Origin: Frankiales bacterium
Lineage (GTDB): Bacteria; Actinomycetota; Actinomycetes; Mycobacteriales; SCTD01
DNA: 64,000 nucleotides
Assembly: GCA_025966135.1 (NCBI GenBank)
Contig: JAOPVP010000043.1
Location: 18,904 to 82,903, forward strand
Reading direction: 5' to 3'
Position numbers and translations under genes: made by a program
In this document: piece by piece, positions 1 through 8,932 of the stretch
Layout: every line of letters starts with the position of its first letter
Position numbering within the stretch: position 1 is the stretch's first letter
Notes under the pieces: generated by a model
Told to the model about the DNA's origin: nothing
What the model saw: only the letters and a program-made list of their open reading frames with translations
Databases searched by the model: none

Positions 1-25
1 GGCGGCCCTCGCCCTCCTTGCCGGG

Positions 26-1435
26 TTGGTCTCGAGCGGGTTGGCCAGGGCCGTCCCTTCTCCTGTGCTTCTCGTGCTGCTCGTGCTGGCGGCCGCTGCC
101 GTGCTCGTGTCAGTGCTGGACCCCGAGGTGGGACTGGGGATCTTCGTCTTCCTCACGTACACCCGTCTGTCGGATGTCGCGGTGCAGTTCCACGGAGCGC
201 CGTCGCTGCTCCAACCGTTCGCCGTACTCCTCGTTGTCAGCGGGTACCTCCGAGGGCGGTCGCGCAGTCTGTCCACGCCCGCGCTGTGGCTCTGCACCCC
301 CTTGCTCCTGGCCTGGGCTGCGGTGCAGGCCCTTTCGTTGTTCTTCGCCCCAGATCCCGGGGCGACGGGAGCGTCCCTAGCCGGCTTCGCGAAGAACGCG
401 CTCGTCGTGCTGCTCGTGGCGACGCTGCTGAAGACGCGACGAGCGCTCGACATGGTGGAGTCCGCGCTGCTCGCTGCGGGGCTGCTGCTCTCCCTGATCA
501 GCGTCTACCAGTACTTCACGGACTCGCTGTCCTCAGACTTCGGGGGACTCGGGCAGGCCTCGTTGCTGAACATCACCGCTGCGCGGGAGGGCTACCGCGT
601 CGGAGGGCCGATCGGCGACGCGAACTACTACGCGCAGATCTTGCTGGTGCTCGTCCCGCTCGGGCTCCACCAGCTTCTCCGCGGGAGGTCCATGGGAAGA
701 CGGGCGCTCGCCGGATCGACCACGGGTTTGATGCTGCTCACCGTCGTCTTCACGTTCTCGCGCGGTGCGGCCATCGCCGCGGCTGTTGTCGCCGTCCTCG
801 TCGTGCTCCATGCCCGGCACCGACTCTTGCTGCTGACGGCCCTCGGCGTGGTCCTGTTGCTCCTCGTCCCACACCTGCCTGAGGGGTACGTCAGCCGGGT
901 CAGCAGCCTTGGACAGCTGTCCTCGTCAGGACGAGCGACCGACCCGTCCCTGCAGGACCGGACGCGCACGCTGGACGCTGGGCTGAGAATGCTGGCGGAC
1001 CACCCGGTCCTTGGGGTGGGCTCGGGCAACTACTCGGTGGTGGAGCCGAACTACGCGGGGCGCGCTTTCCTGACCACGCCGCGGCTCGGCACACCAGCGC
1101 ATGACATCTTCCTCGAGGTCGCTGCCGAGACAGGAGGGCTCGGACTCGCGGTCTACAGCGCCGTCGTGGTGGTCGTTCTCCGTAGCCTCAGGCGAACGCG
1201 GCGAAGGGCTCGGGCACAAGGCGACGTCCCACTTGCGGAGCTGATGTGGGCCCTCCAGGTCTCCGTGCTGGCGTACCTCGCTGCGTCCGTCTTCATCCAT
1301 GCCGCCTACCCGAGGTACATGTGGCTCTTGTTCGGAATCTGCCTGGCCGTCGTCAACCTGCAGGTGCCGCCCCTCGCCCCGGCCAGCAACCCCGGGCTGG
1401 TGGCTCCAAGCGCATCTCGGACCACCAGGAGGTGA
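26..1435 (+). CDS. O-antigen ligase/polymerase-like (Wzy_C-type) polytopic membrane protein; reading frame stays open to the window edge, so the true start may lie upstream
   Basis: 469-aa ORF with many hydrophobic spans and the FTFSRGAAIAAA segment typical of the Wzy_C/O-antigen-ligase family; 6 nt before the next gene. Confidence 0.7.
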   Translation: MVSSGLARAVPSPVLLVLLVLAAAAVLVSVLDPEVGLGIFVFLTYTRLSDVAVQFHGAPSLLQPFAVLLVVSGYLRGRSRSLSTPALWLCTPLLLAWAAVQALSLFFAPDPGATGASLAGFAKNALVVLLVATLLKTRRALDMVESALLAAGLLLSLISVYQYFTDSLSSDFGGLGQASLLNITAAREGYRVGGPIGDANYYAQILLVLVPLGLHQLLRGRSMGRRALAGSTTGLMLLTVVFTFSRGAAIAAAVVAVLVVLHARHRLLLLTALGVVLLLLVPHLPEGYVSRVSSLGQLSSSGRATDPSLQDRTRTLDAGLRMLADHPVLGVGSGNYSVVEPNYAGRAFLTTPRLGTPAHDIFLEVAAETGGLGLAVYSAVVVVVLRSLRRTRRRARAQGDVPLAELMWALQVSVLAYLAASVFIHAAYPRYMWLLFGICLAVVNLQVPPLAPASNPGLVAPSASRTTRR

Positions 1436-1441
1436 GGGCGG

Positions 1442-3340
1442 ATGTGCGGCGTCTACGGGTGGCTGGGTGAGCCCTTGAGCGGAGCGGCGGAGTTCTTGCG
1501 GCTGGGGGGGCAGCTGCTTCAGCACCGGGGACCTGACGATGAGGGCGAGGCATGCGGCAGCAGGTGGGCACTGGGCTTTCGTCGCCTGGCGATCCTGGAT
1601 CTCACCGAGGCTGGGCACCAGCCCATGACCACGCCGGATGGACGCGTCCACCTGGTGTTCAACGGCGAGGTCTACAACCACGTGGAGCTGCGTGAGGACC
1701 TGCTGCGCCGGGGCGTGCGACTGAGGGGAACGTCTGACACGGAGGTCGTCCTCTGGATGCTCGTGCTGGACGGCGCCGCGGCCCTCGAGACGTTCAACGG
1801 CATGTTCGCCCTCGCGCTGGTGGACGAGCGCACCAGGAGTTTTCTGCTCGCCCGCGATCGGCTTGGGGTCAAGCCGCTCTACCTACGGCGTGAACCGGGA
1901 CACCTGCGCTTCGCGTCGGAGCTGAAGGCGCTGTTGGGCTGGTCGGGTGCCTCGCGCGACCTGTCGCAGCAGGCGGTGGTGGAGTACCTGGCCTACGGCT
2001 ACCTCTCCAGCGACACGTGCATTCTGGACGGCTACGAGAAGCTCCGGCCAGGTCACGTGATGGTCGGCTCTCTGGACGATCCAGGGCGTGCCGTGCAGCG
2101 GGCGTACTGGAGCCTCGGGCTGTCACGAGGAGAGCCCTTCACGAGCGCGAGCGAGGTCGCGGAGCTGCTTCAAGACGCGGTGCGGATCCGTCTGCGCAGC
2201 GACGTCCCTGTCGGGGTGTTCCTCTCCGGCGGGCTCGACAGCGGCCTCGTCGCGGTCCTCGCCGCGCGGGCCGCGCGCGCCGAGGGCCGTGATCCGCCGG
2301 TGGCGCTGACAGTCGGCTTCGCCGAAGGCCAGTACGACGAGAGCCCGGCGGCGGCGGCGGCGGCCAAGGCGGCCGGAATGGAGCACGTCGTCGTGCAGCA
2401 GCGCGCCGATGCGCTCGAGGACCTCGACCGCCTGGCCTGGTTCTTCGACGAGCCGTTCGGGGACTCGAGCGCTTTGGCGATGTTCGCCCTGTCACGCGCA
2501 GCCGCCGAGGTCGGTACGGTCTTCCTCTCCGGCGACGGGGGAGACGAGGCGTTCGCGGGCTACCGCCGGTATGAGGCGGCCCTTCGCTACAGGCGACTGG
2601 ACCGGGTGCCACCCCTGGGCCGCCAGCTGGTCCGCGCAGCAGCGAGACGCTTCCCGCAGACGTCGAGCGCGCGCTACCGCCTGGTCAAGGCCACGGCACC
2701 GGACGGAGCGTTCGCGGCAGCCTTCGACGACACGCCGGAGGACCCGGTCGTCGCGCTGCTCCTTCACCCTCGGCTGCGTGGCGACCTGCCTGGTGTGGTG
2801 CGCTCGCAATGGGACAGGTGGGGGAGGTGGGCCGGCCTCGACCTCACGTCGCGGCAGCGCCGTCTGGACTACGAGCACTACCTGCCTGACGACGTCCTCG
2901 TGAAGGTGGACCGGGCCTCGATGGCGCACTCGCTGGAGGTCCGCTCCCCCTTTCTCGACCCTAGGCTCGTGGCACGTGCGGCTGCCACGCCGACGGAGCA
3001 GCTGCTGTCGGACGGGCTGGGGAAGCTGCCCCTGCGAGCGCTTGCCGCGGAGCTTCTCCCAGCAGCGGCGCGAACGGCCCCCAAGCGTGGCTTCGAGGTA
3101 CCGGTCGACGTCTGGTTCCGGCAGGCCAGCGGCCAGGCATTCCTCCGGGAGCGCCTATTGGGCCCGGAGGGCTTCCGACTGGGCCTGTGGGACACCACAG
3201 CGGTCGAACGCGTAGCGCTCGCGCACTGTCGTCGCGGGTCCCGGCAGTTCGGTCAGCTGCTGTGGCGGCTCTTGGTGCTCGAGGCATGGCAACGAACGCA
3301 CCTGGGGTCGGTCCGGCGGTCGGGGTTGCGATGCGCGTAG
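1442..3340 (+). CDS. Asparagine synthase (glutamine-hydrolysing) family amidotransferase, AsnB/WbpS-like
   Basis: N-terminal MCGV (class II glutamine amidotransferase Cys2), SGGLDSG PP-loop, full-length 632-aa ORF. Confidence 0.9.
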   Translation: MCGVYGWLGEPLSGAAEFLRLGGQLLQHRGPDDEGEACGSRWALGFRRLAILDLTEAGHQPMTTPDGRVHLVFNGEVYNHVELREDLLRRGVRLRGTSDTEVVLWMLVLDGAAALETFNGMFALALVDERTRSFLLARDRLGVKPLYLRREPGHLRFASELKALLGWSGASRDLSQQAVVEYLAYGYLSSDTCILDGYEKLRPGHVMVGSLDDPGRAVQRAYWSLGLSRGEPFTSASEVAELLQDAVRIRLRSDVPVGVFLSGGLDSGLVAVLAARAARAEGRDPPVALTVGFAEGQYDESPAAAAAAKAAGMEHVVVQQRADALEDLDRLAWFFDEPFGDSSALAMFALSRAAAEVGTVFLSGDGGDEAFAGYRRYEAALRYRRLDRVPPLGRQLVRAAARRFPQTSSARYRLVKATAPDGAFAAAFDDTPEDPVVALLLHPRLRGDLPGVVRSQWDRWGRWAGLDLTSRQRRLDYEHYLPDDVLVKVDRASMAHSLEVRSPFLDPRLVARAAATPTEQLLSDGLGKLPLRALAAELLPAAARTAPKRGFEVPVDVWFRQASGQAFLRERLLGPEGFRLGLWDTTAVERVALAHCRRGSRQFGQLLWRLLVLEAWQRTHLGSVRRSGLRCA

Positions 3341-4500
3341 CTGTGCTCATCCAGGGGTTCGCTCCGCGCATCGGCGGAGCCGAGCGCCAGCTCCTCGCGG
3401 TACTGCCACTGGTGCAGCGTCTCGGCGTCGAGGTCGTCGTGCTCACCCGGCGGTACCCGGGTCTGGCCGGCTACGAGGAGGTACGGGGGATCCCCGTCCA
3501 CAGGCTGCCCGTGCCTGGGCCGCGTCCGGCGGCCTCGCTGTCCTACACGATGACCGCACAGGGACTGCTGCGTCGTCTGCGCCCTGATGTCCTGCACTCG
3601 CACGAGCTGCTGTCCCCGACGACGACGGCGATGCTGGCGAAGACCCACTTGCACGTCCCGACCATCGCTAAGGTCTTGAGCGGCGGCGAGCTGGAGGCCC
3701 TCAAGCAGCGCCCGTTGGGCCGCAGCCGCCTGCAGCTGTGGCTCAGGCACGTGGACTACTTCCACGTGGTGAGCCGCGAGATAGACCAGGCTCTGGGCCG
3801 GCTGGGGGTGCCCGCGGAGCGACGGCTCTGCCTACCCAATGGCGTAGACGTCGAGCACTTCCGCCCCGTGACGGCTGCGGAGAAGCATGACCTGCGAGCC
3901 AGGCTCGGCCTGCCCGAGGCTGCGCCGGTCGCGGTCTACACCGGCCGGCTGTCGCCGGAGAAGGGCATCGAGCTTCTGCTCGAGGCATGGAAGGCCGTGG
4001 TGCAGCGGCGACCTGATGCCGTCCTCCTGGTCGTGGGGGAGGGTCCGGAGGCCCATCGGGTCCGGTCACACGACGGCGCGTCAGTGCGGTTCGTGGGGAC
4101 TGTTCAGGATGTGCGGCCCTGGCTGGCGGCGGCCGACCTGTTCGTACTCCCCTCATCGACGGAGGGAATGTCCAACTCGCTGTTGGAGGCCGTGGCATCA
4201 GGCCTTCGCGTCGTGGCCTCGTCGGTCGGTGGGACGGTGGAGATCGCCCAGGAGCACTCGCAGATCCATCTGGTGCGGCCTGCGGATGTCGCGGCTCTGA
4301 CTGCCGGCATTCTTGCTGGCCTCGGCCAACAGCACGCCGACGCGGTCTCCAGGCAGGCGCCGACCCTGCAGGTCGCCACCGTCCACACCGCCGCTCGCCG
4401 CTTGGTCGCGGCGTACCACCACGTCCTCGGCGGGCCTCCGCTCTCCGGCCAAGGGCATCACTGCGACTGGGTGCCCAGCTCACCGGAGCAGGCACGATGA
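3331..4500 (+). CDS. Glycosyltransferase family 4 (GT-B fold)
   Basis: MRVAVLIQGF..GGAERQ N-terminus and C-terminal EGMSNSLLEAVASG motif. ATG at 3331 overlaps the asnB-like stop by 10 nt; the longer 3187 start looks like an artifact. Confidence 0.85.
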   Translation: MRVAVLIQGFAPRIGGAERQLLAVLPLVQRLGVEVVVLTRRYPGLAGYEEVRGIPVHRLPVPGPRPAASLSYTMTAQGLLRRLRPDVLHSHELLSPTTTAMLAKTHLHVPTIAKVLSGGELEALKQRPLGRSRLQLWLRHVDYFHVVSREIDQALGRLGVPAERRLCLPNGVDVEHFRPVTAAEKHDLRARLGLPEAAPVAVYTGRLSPEKGIELLLEAWKAVVQRRPDAVLLVVGEGPEAHRVRSHDGASVRFVGTVQDVRPWLAAADLFVLPSSTEGMSNSLLEAVASGLRVVASSVGGTVEIAQEHSQIHLVRPADVAALTAGILAGLGQQHADAVSRQAPTLQVATVHTAARRLVAAYHHVLGGPPLSGQGHHCDWVPSSPEQAR

Positions 4501-5450
4501 AGGTCGTCGTCACGGGAGGCGCCGGTTTCATCGGAGCGCATCTCACCAGGGCGCTCGTGGACGAAGGCACTCGTGTGGTGGTGGTCGACGACATGTCGAG
4601 TGGCTGCAGGGCCAACCTCGAGGGGGTCGTGGGAGCAGACATCGAGGAGCTGAGCGTTCTGGAACCTGCACTCGCGCAGGTGTGCGTCGGCGCGGATGCG
4701 ATCGTGCACCTTGCGGCCCGGCCATCCGTGCCGCGCTCTCTTGTCGATCCGCGAGCGACCCATGACGCGAACGTCACCGGCACGCTGAACCTGCTCGAGG
4801 CGGCACGGCAGTCCGGGTGCCAGCACGTGGTGCTCGCCTCGTCCTCCTCCGTGTATGGAGACGACCCGACGCTGCCCAAGCACGAGGCCCTGCTGCCTCG
4901 ACCGCTGAGCCCGTACGCGGCCAGCAAGCTGGCGGGCGAGGCCTACACGCTTGCCTATGCCCGGTGCTTCGGTGTCCCGTCCCTGACCTTTCGCTTCTTC
5001 AACGTGTTCGGACCTCTGCAACCCGCCGACCACGCGTACGCCGCGGTCATCCCCTCGCTCCTGTCTCGCGCGATGGCTGGCCTTCCCGTCGTCCTTCACG
5101 GCGACGGACAGCAGACGCGCGACTTCACCTATGTCGGCAGCGTGACAGCAGTGATAGTGGAGGCACTGCGGCGCAGGGTCGTGCACGAGACACCCGTCAA
5201 CCTCGCCTTCGGTGGCCGGCACTCGCTCCTCGAGGTGGTCAGAGTGCTCGAGGGCATCCTGGGCGGCGACATCGTCGTCCGGCACGCGCCGGCGCGCGGG
5301 GGGGACGTCCGCCACTCGCAAGCATCGACCGAGCTGCTCGCGAGGCTGTTCCCGAGCTTGTCCCCGGTGACACTGGAGGATGGGCTCCGTCGGACGGTGT
5401 CGTGGTGGACCGCCGCCAGCGCCAGGGCCAGCGGCTCGGGGGCGTCATGA
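4497..5450 (+). CDS. NAD-dependent sugar-nucleotide epimerase/dehydratase (SDR; WbpP/TviC-like 4-epimerase type)
   Basis: VTGGAGFIGAHL Rossmann motif, YAASK catalytic YxxxK, ATGA overlap with the upstream GT. Confidence 0.9.
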   Translation: MKVVVTGGAGFIGAHLTRALVDEGTRVVVVDDMSSGCRANLEGVVGADIEELSVLEPALAQVCVGADAIVHLAARPSVPRSLVDPRATHDANVTGTLNLLEAARQSGCQHVVLASSSSVYGDDPTLPKHEALLPRPLSPYAASKLAGEAYTLAYARCFGVPSLTFRFFNVFGPLQPADHAYAAVIPSLLSRAMAGLPVVLHGDGQQTRDFTYVGSVTAVIVEALRRRVVHETPVNLAFGGRHSLLEVVRVLEGILGGDIVVRHAPARGGDVRHSQASTELLARLFPSLSPVTLEDGLRRTVSWWTAASARASGSGAS

Positions 5451-6238
5451 CCAGGCTGCTGCTTGTCGTCGCCGTTCTGTCGGGGGTGGCTGCCGCCGCG
5501 GCGCTGGGCAGCGCCTCCTGGTCACCCGAGAGCGAGACACCCGGATGTCTGCGCAGACCGCCCGCAGTCCAGCTGTCCTTCGAAGGCCCCTTCGCACCCG
5601 GGTTGGTCGACACCCGGCATGGCAGCGTGCGGAAGGTCCGACAGCCTTCGTACGACGGCGGGTGGGCCCTCCGAGCTGTCTACGACGCGAGCGGTGAGCT
5701 GGGTTACGCGAGGGTGGCGGCCGATGTGTCCTGGCACGAGGGTGACGACGTCTGGTTCGGTGGTGCGTTCTTGTTCCCTCGCGGTTTCCTGGCCTCGAAC
5801 GACGGCGTCATCGACATCATGCGGTGGGACAACCACGCGCTGGACCCGAGGCACCCGGACCACGGCGGTCTGACCTTGTGGAGCACGGATGGGCGGCTGC
5901 ACCTGATCGCCGAGCAGGAGGGCGGGCAGGTCTACCGCAGTCTGCTGGACGCCCCCCCGGTGGCCGAGGGGCGGTGGCTGTGGCTGGAGGTTCACCAGCG
6001 GCTGGCCACCTCCGCTGGTAACGCACTCAACGAGCTGTACGTCGACGGGCTTCTCGTCGGGCGGAACGGACGTCCCAACTACTTCGGACGGCCGGTGAGC
6101 CACCTGCGCTGGGGGTTGGTGGCCGTGGCGACAGGACGTCAGCAGGATCCCGCGGTGCTGTACCTGGATCGCGCGACGGCTTCTGGTTGTGAGGTCGGGC
6201 CGCGCGACTGGTCCCCGACCGGCACCCGGCTACGGTGA
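5447..6238 (+). CDS. Secreted ConA-like jelly-roll protein, polysaccharide-lyase-like; paralog of the N-terminal domain of 7162-8619
   Basis: Signal-peptide-like MTRLLLVVAVLSGVAAAAALGSAS. Shares W.WLEVHQ.L....G.A.NEL(Y/W)VDG....N(Y/F)(F/Y)G.PVS..R(W/Y)G block with 7162-8619. ATGA overlap with the epimerase stop. Confidence 0.6.
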   Translation: MTRLLLVVAVLSGVAAAAALGSASWSPESETPGCLRRPPAVQLSFEGPFAPGLVDTRHGSVRKVRQPSYDGGWALRAVYDASGELGYARVAADVSWHEGDDVWFGGAFLFPRGFLASNDGVIDIMRWDNHALDPRHPDHGGLTLWSTDGRLHLIAEQEGGQVYRSLLDAPPVAEGRWLWLEVHQRLATSAGNALNELYVDGLLVGRNGRPNYFGRPVSHLRWGLVAVATGRQQDPAVLYLDRATASGCEVGPRDWSPTGTRLR

Positions 6239-7099
6239 TCTGCGCGCCTCGAGGACGGTCATCCAGGCGTAGCGCCGTACCGCCGGAAGGGCGCGGAGCA
6301 GCCCGTCGTCCAGACGCTCGAGGACGGAGAGGGCAGGTTCGAGCAGCCGCGTGCCGCGCAGGGGTACAGAAGCAAGGCTCAGGAGGTGGAAGAAGCGAGC
6401 CTCGACGTGCTGGAAGTAGGCCTCCGCGAGACGGAGGTCCTGCACGAGCAGCGGGTGCTCGTCTGACGTCCTCATCCTGGGAGTCAACCGCCGGTAGAGC
6501 CGGATGGCGGGATTGTGCCCGAGGGGTTCGAGGAAGACAACCCGTCCACCGGGCTTGAGGACCCGCGCCAGCTCGGCGAAGGCGCGTGAGAGCTCGAGGT
6601 GATGGAGGATGCCGCTCCCGCAGACGAGGTCGAACGTCTGGTCGTCGTACGACAGCGCGTGGGCGTCCATCACCTGGAAGCGCACGCCGGTACGCCCACG
6701 CGCCGCCTCCTCCTCGCGAGCCTGCTCGATCGCCACGGGTGAGAGGTCCACCGCATCGACCCGCACGCCCCGGTCGGCGAGGTCGGAGGCGTGCGACCCG
6801 AGGCCGCATCCGTACTCCAAAGCGCGGGACCCTGCCGGTGCAGCAAGGACACGGTTGACGTAGAAGGACTCGCTCGCCCGTGTGGCGACGTAGTACTTGT
6901 CCGCCGCATCGCGCGTCCCGACGCTGAAGCGCCTGTCGTGGAAGGCCTGCTCCCGCGCAAGGCGGCCCGAGTCCCCGTTCACGCTCGCGGTCTGGTTCGC
7001 ATAGAGGCCTGCCTCCGCGTCACGGTGTGGTGCGCCTGTAAGCACAGGGCGGGACACCCGCCTGGTGGATACGTCGGTCCACGCGTGACACCCGGCCAC
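6230..7099 (-). CDS. Class I SAM-dependent methyltransferase
   Basis: LEYGCGLGSHASDLADRG (motif I) and LKPGGRVVFLEP; start uncertain. Confidence 0.8.
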   Translation of the reverse strand: MAGCHAWTDVSTRRVSRPVLTGAPHRDAEAGLYANQTASVNGDSGRLAREQAFHDRRFSVGTRDAADKYYVATRASESFYVNRVLAAPAGSRALEYGCGLGSHASDLADRGVRVDAVDLSPVAIEQAREEEAARGRTGVRFQVMDAHALSYDDQTFDLVCGSGILHHLELSRAFAELARVLKPGGRVVFLEPLGHNPAIRLYRRLTPRMRTSDEHPLLVQDLRLAEAYFQHVEARFFHLLSLASVPLRGTRLLEPALSVLERLDDGLLRALPAVRRYAWMTVLEARRSP

Positions 7100-7161
7100 G
7101 ACCTGGCTCGCCGTGCCGCCGGAGCGGAGCGAGCCAGGTCGTGCGTCGAGGCCGCGCCTCG

Positions 7162-8619
7162 TCAGCTCGTGCTGACCGCCACGATGTTCGAGGAGGCGGA
7201 CTTGTTGCCAGCCGCGTCGAAGGCCCGGATGGCGAAGGTGTAGCCCGTGCGCGACGCGAGTGAGCCGGACGTGAAGGTCCGCGTCCCGCTGGCCACGGAC
7301 CCGGCGAGGATCCAGTTCCCGTAGTTGGCGTCGCCTCGCCAGATCTCGTACCTCGACACGCCGACGTTGTCCGTGGCAGCGTTCCAGGCCAAGGACACGG
7401 AGGACTTTGTCTTCCCCGTGGCTGTCAACGACGACGGTGCTGATGGGGCCTGAGTGTCAGCCGACGATGCTGTGGTGGTCGCCGTCGGAATGTTCGAGGA
7501 GGCCGACGTGTTGCCGGCTGCGTCTCGCGCCCGGACGCTGAACGTGTAACCGGTACCCGGGTTCAAGGAGCCGACGGTGAAGCTGCTGGTGGTACCGCCC
7601 ACCGTCCCGGCGAGGACCCAGTTGGCGTAGTTGGCGTCGCCCCGCCAGACGTCGTAGGCGGTGACGCCGACGTTGTCCGAGGACCCGGCCCAACTGAGGC
7701 CGACCGAGGTGCTGGTCCGTGACGTCACCGTGGCGCTGGCCGGGGCGCTGGGCGCCTGCGTGTCGGCGCTGGTGGGCGGGCTGGTGGGCGGCGGGCTGCT
7801 GGGCGGCGGGCTGCTCGGCGGCGCGGAGCTCCCCACCGGTCCGATGTAGGAGTCCGACACCACGGCCCGGTCGTACCAGACCGTGAGGGGGTTGGTCTGC
7901 CGGTCCTGGTCGGTGGCGACCACGCCGTACCGAATGGCGCTGACTGGGGTCCCATAGAAGTTGCGCGCGGTCGAGCTGCCGATCTTGCTACCGTCCACCC
8001 AGAGCTCGTTGACGGCCTGTCCGTCTGTGGCGCTGAGCTTCTGGTGCACCTCGAGCCAGTGCCAGGTCCCCTCGGAGAGCCGGAACGTCGACGGCAGGAG
8101 ATTGGTCTGCGACTCCACGCCGTCACGCTCGCGAAAGAGCCGCCAGCTGCCGTCGCCGTACATCGCCAGACCGCCCCGACTGACGTTGCTGACCCCGTAG
8201 GTGTCCCATCGCATGGGTACGAAGTAGCTCTGCATCGAGGCGTTGAAGCCCTGCGGCAGGTAGAGGGCCATGCCGTAGTGGACATCCTTGCCCGCTCCCC
8301 AGTTGAGGCTTCCCGGCGTGCCGCTGGTGTCACCCCAGAGAGTGCGCGCGTACTGGATGCCCGGACCCGGGCCCGTGTGGGCCTTTGCTGCGTACGCGCC
8401 CTCATAGGTTCGGCTCGCGTCGACGCCGATGGTGGCGCCGTACGGGTTGGGGTTGGGGACGCTCGAGTACTGCCACTCGGAGAGGTTCCCGGCGTTGAAG
8501 TTTGCAGACTCGAGAACGGCCGCGTGGGCTGAAGGTGTCGGCAGCACCGCGGTCACACAGGCAACTGCCGCGCAAGCCAGAGCTACTGCTCCCGTCTTCG
8601 CTTGGATCTTGAAAGACAT
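7162..8619 (-). CDS. Secreted polysaccharide-lyase-like (ConA-like) enzyme with Pro/Ser linker and two fibronectin type III domains
   Basis: Signal peptide MSFKIQAKTGAVALACAAVACVTAVLPTPSAHA. N-terminal domain is paralogous to 5447-6238. Has a PPSSPPPSSPPPTSPPTS linker and two repeats of DTQAPSAP...DNVGV..Y..WRGD...GY.F..RA.DAAGN. Confidence 0.75.
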   Translation of the reverse strand: MSFKIQAKTGAVALACAAVACVTAVLPTPSAHAAVLESANFNAGNLSEWQYSSVPNPNPYGATIGVDASRTYEGAYAAKAHTGPGPGIQYARTLWGDTSGTPGSLNWGAGKDVHYGMALYLPQGFNASMQSYFVPMRWDTYGVSNVSRGGLAMYGDGSWRLFRERDGVESQTNLLPSTFRLSEGTWHWLEVHQKLSATDGQAVNELWVDGSKIGSSTARNFYGTPVSAIRYGVVATDQDRQTNPLTVWYDRAVVSDSYIGPVGSSAPPSSPPPSSPPPTSPPTSADTQAPSAPASATVTSRTSTSVGLSWAGSSDNVGVTAYDVWRGDANYANWVLAGTVGGTTSSFTVGSLNPGTGYTFSVRARDAAGNTSASSNIPTATTTASSADTQAPSAPSSLTATGKTKSSVSLAWNAATDNVGVSRYEIWRGDANYGNWILAGSVASGTRTFTSGSLASRTGYTFAIRAFDAAGNKSASSNIVAVSTS

Positions 8620-8732
8620 GCTTCTCTTCCTGTCGGCCGGCTCGCGTGACTGCCGGACTCGTCCGTGCAGGAGGGTTTCGCCCTTGCACACGGGGAGTCG
8701 CTGGCATGCGTATCTCCCCGACCAGAAGTACC

Positions 8733-8757
8733 TCGACGGCTGGCGAAAATTGCTGAA
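8733..8757 (-). promoter_or_regulatory. Copy 1 of shared bipartite upstream motif TTCAGCAA-N10-CCGTCGA (coding-strand orientation), 113 nt upstream of the lyase-like gene
   Basis: Plus strand reads TCGACGG-N10-TTGCTGAA; same words and identical spacing at 21551-21575 and 22994-23018. Confidence 0.4.
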
Positions 8758-8932
8758 GCGGAATGTCGGCATCGACGCGCCCATAGCGGGGCCGCCTCGC
8801 CTACCAGTCGGTGACCTGAAGGCAGGCGTCCGCACAAGCGAAGATTGTCCAGGATGCCAGGATTCCCATATTTGACAATGATGCTGCGGCCCGTTCCGCC
8901 CACCGTTGCGGCCGCGCCAGGTGTCGATACGG

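Noticed and set aside
4817-5446. Long N-terminal extensions of many ORF-track entries (for example 4817, 3187, 8835, 10102, 11415, 10836, 14592, 15362, 17056, 16707, 17455, 25865, 35252, 50742, 52755, 56985)
   Set aside because: - The extensions overlap the upstream gene and are Arg/Pro-rich.
- They precede an internal start that yields a signal peptide, a family-typical N-terminus, an SD or ATGA/GTGA coupling.
- I trimmed them, but individual starts remain uncertain without alignments.
8733-8757. Reading TTCAGCAA-N10-CGTCGA as an ECF-sigma -35/-10 pair (GCAAC ... CGTC)
   Set aside because: The distance between the AAC-like and CGTC words is about 11 nt, not the 16-17 nt of ECF promoters. 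I kept it as an unexplained shared motif instead.
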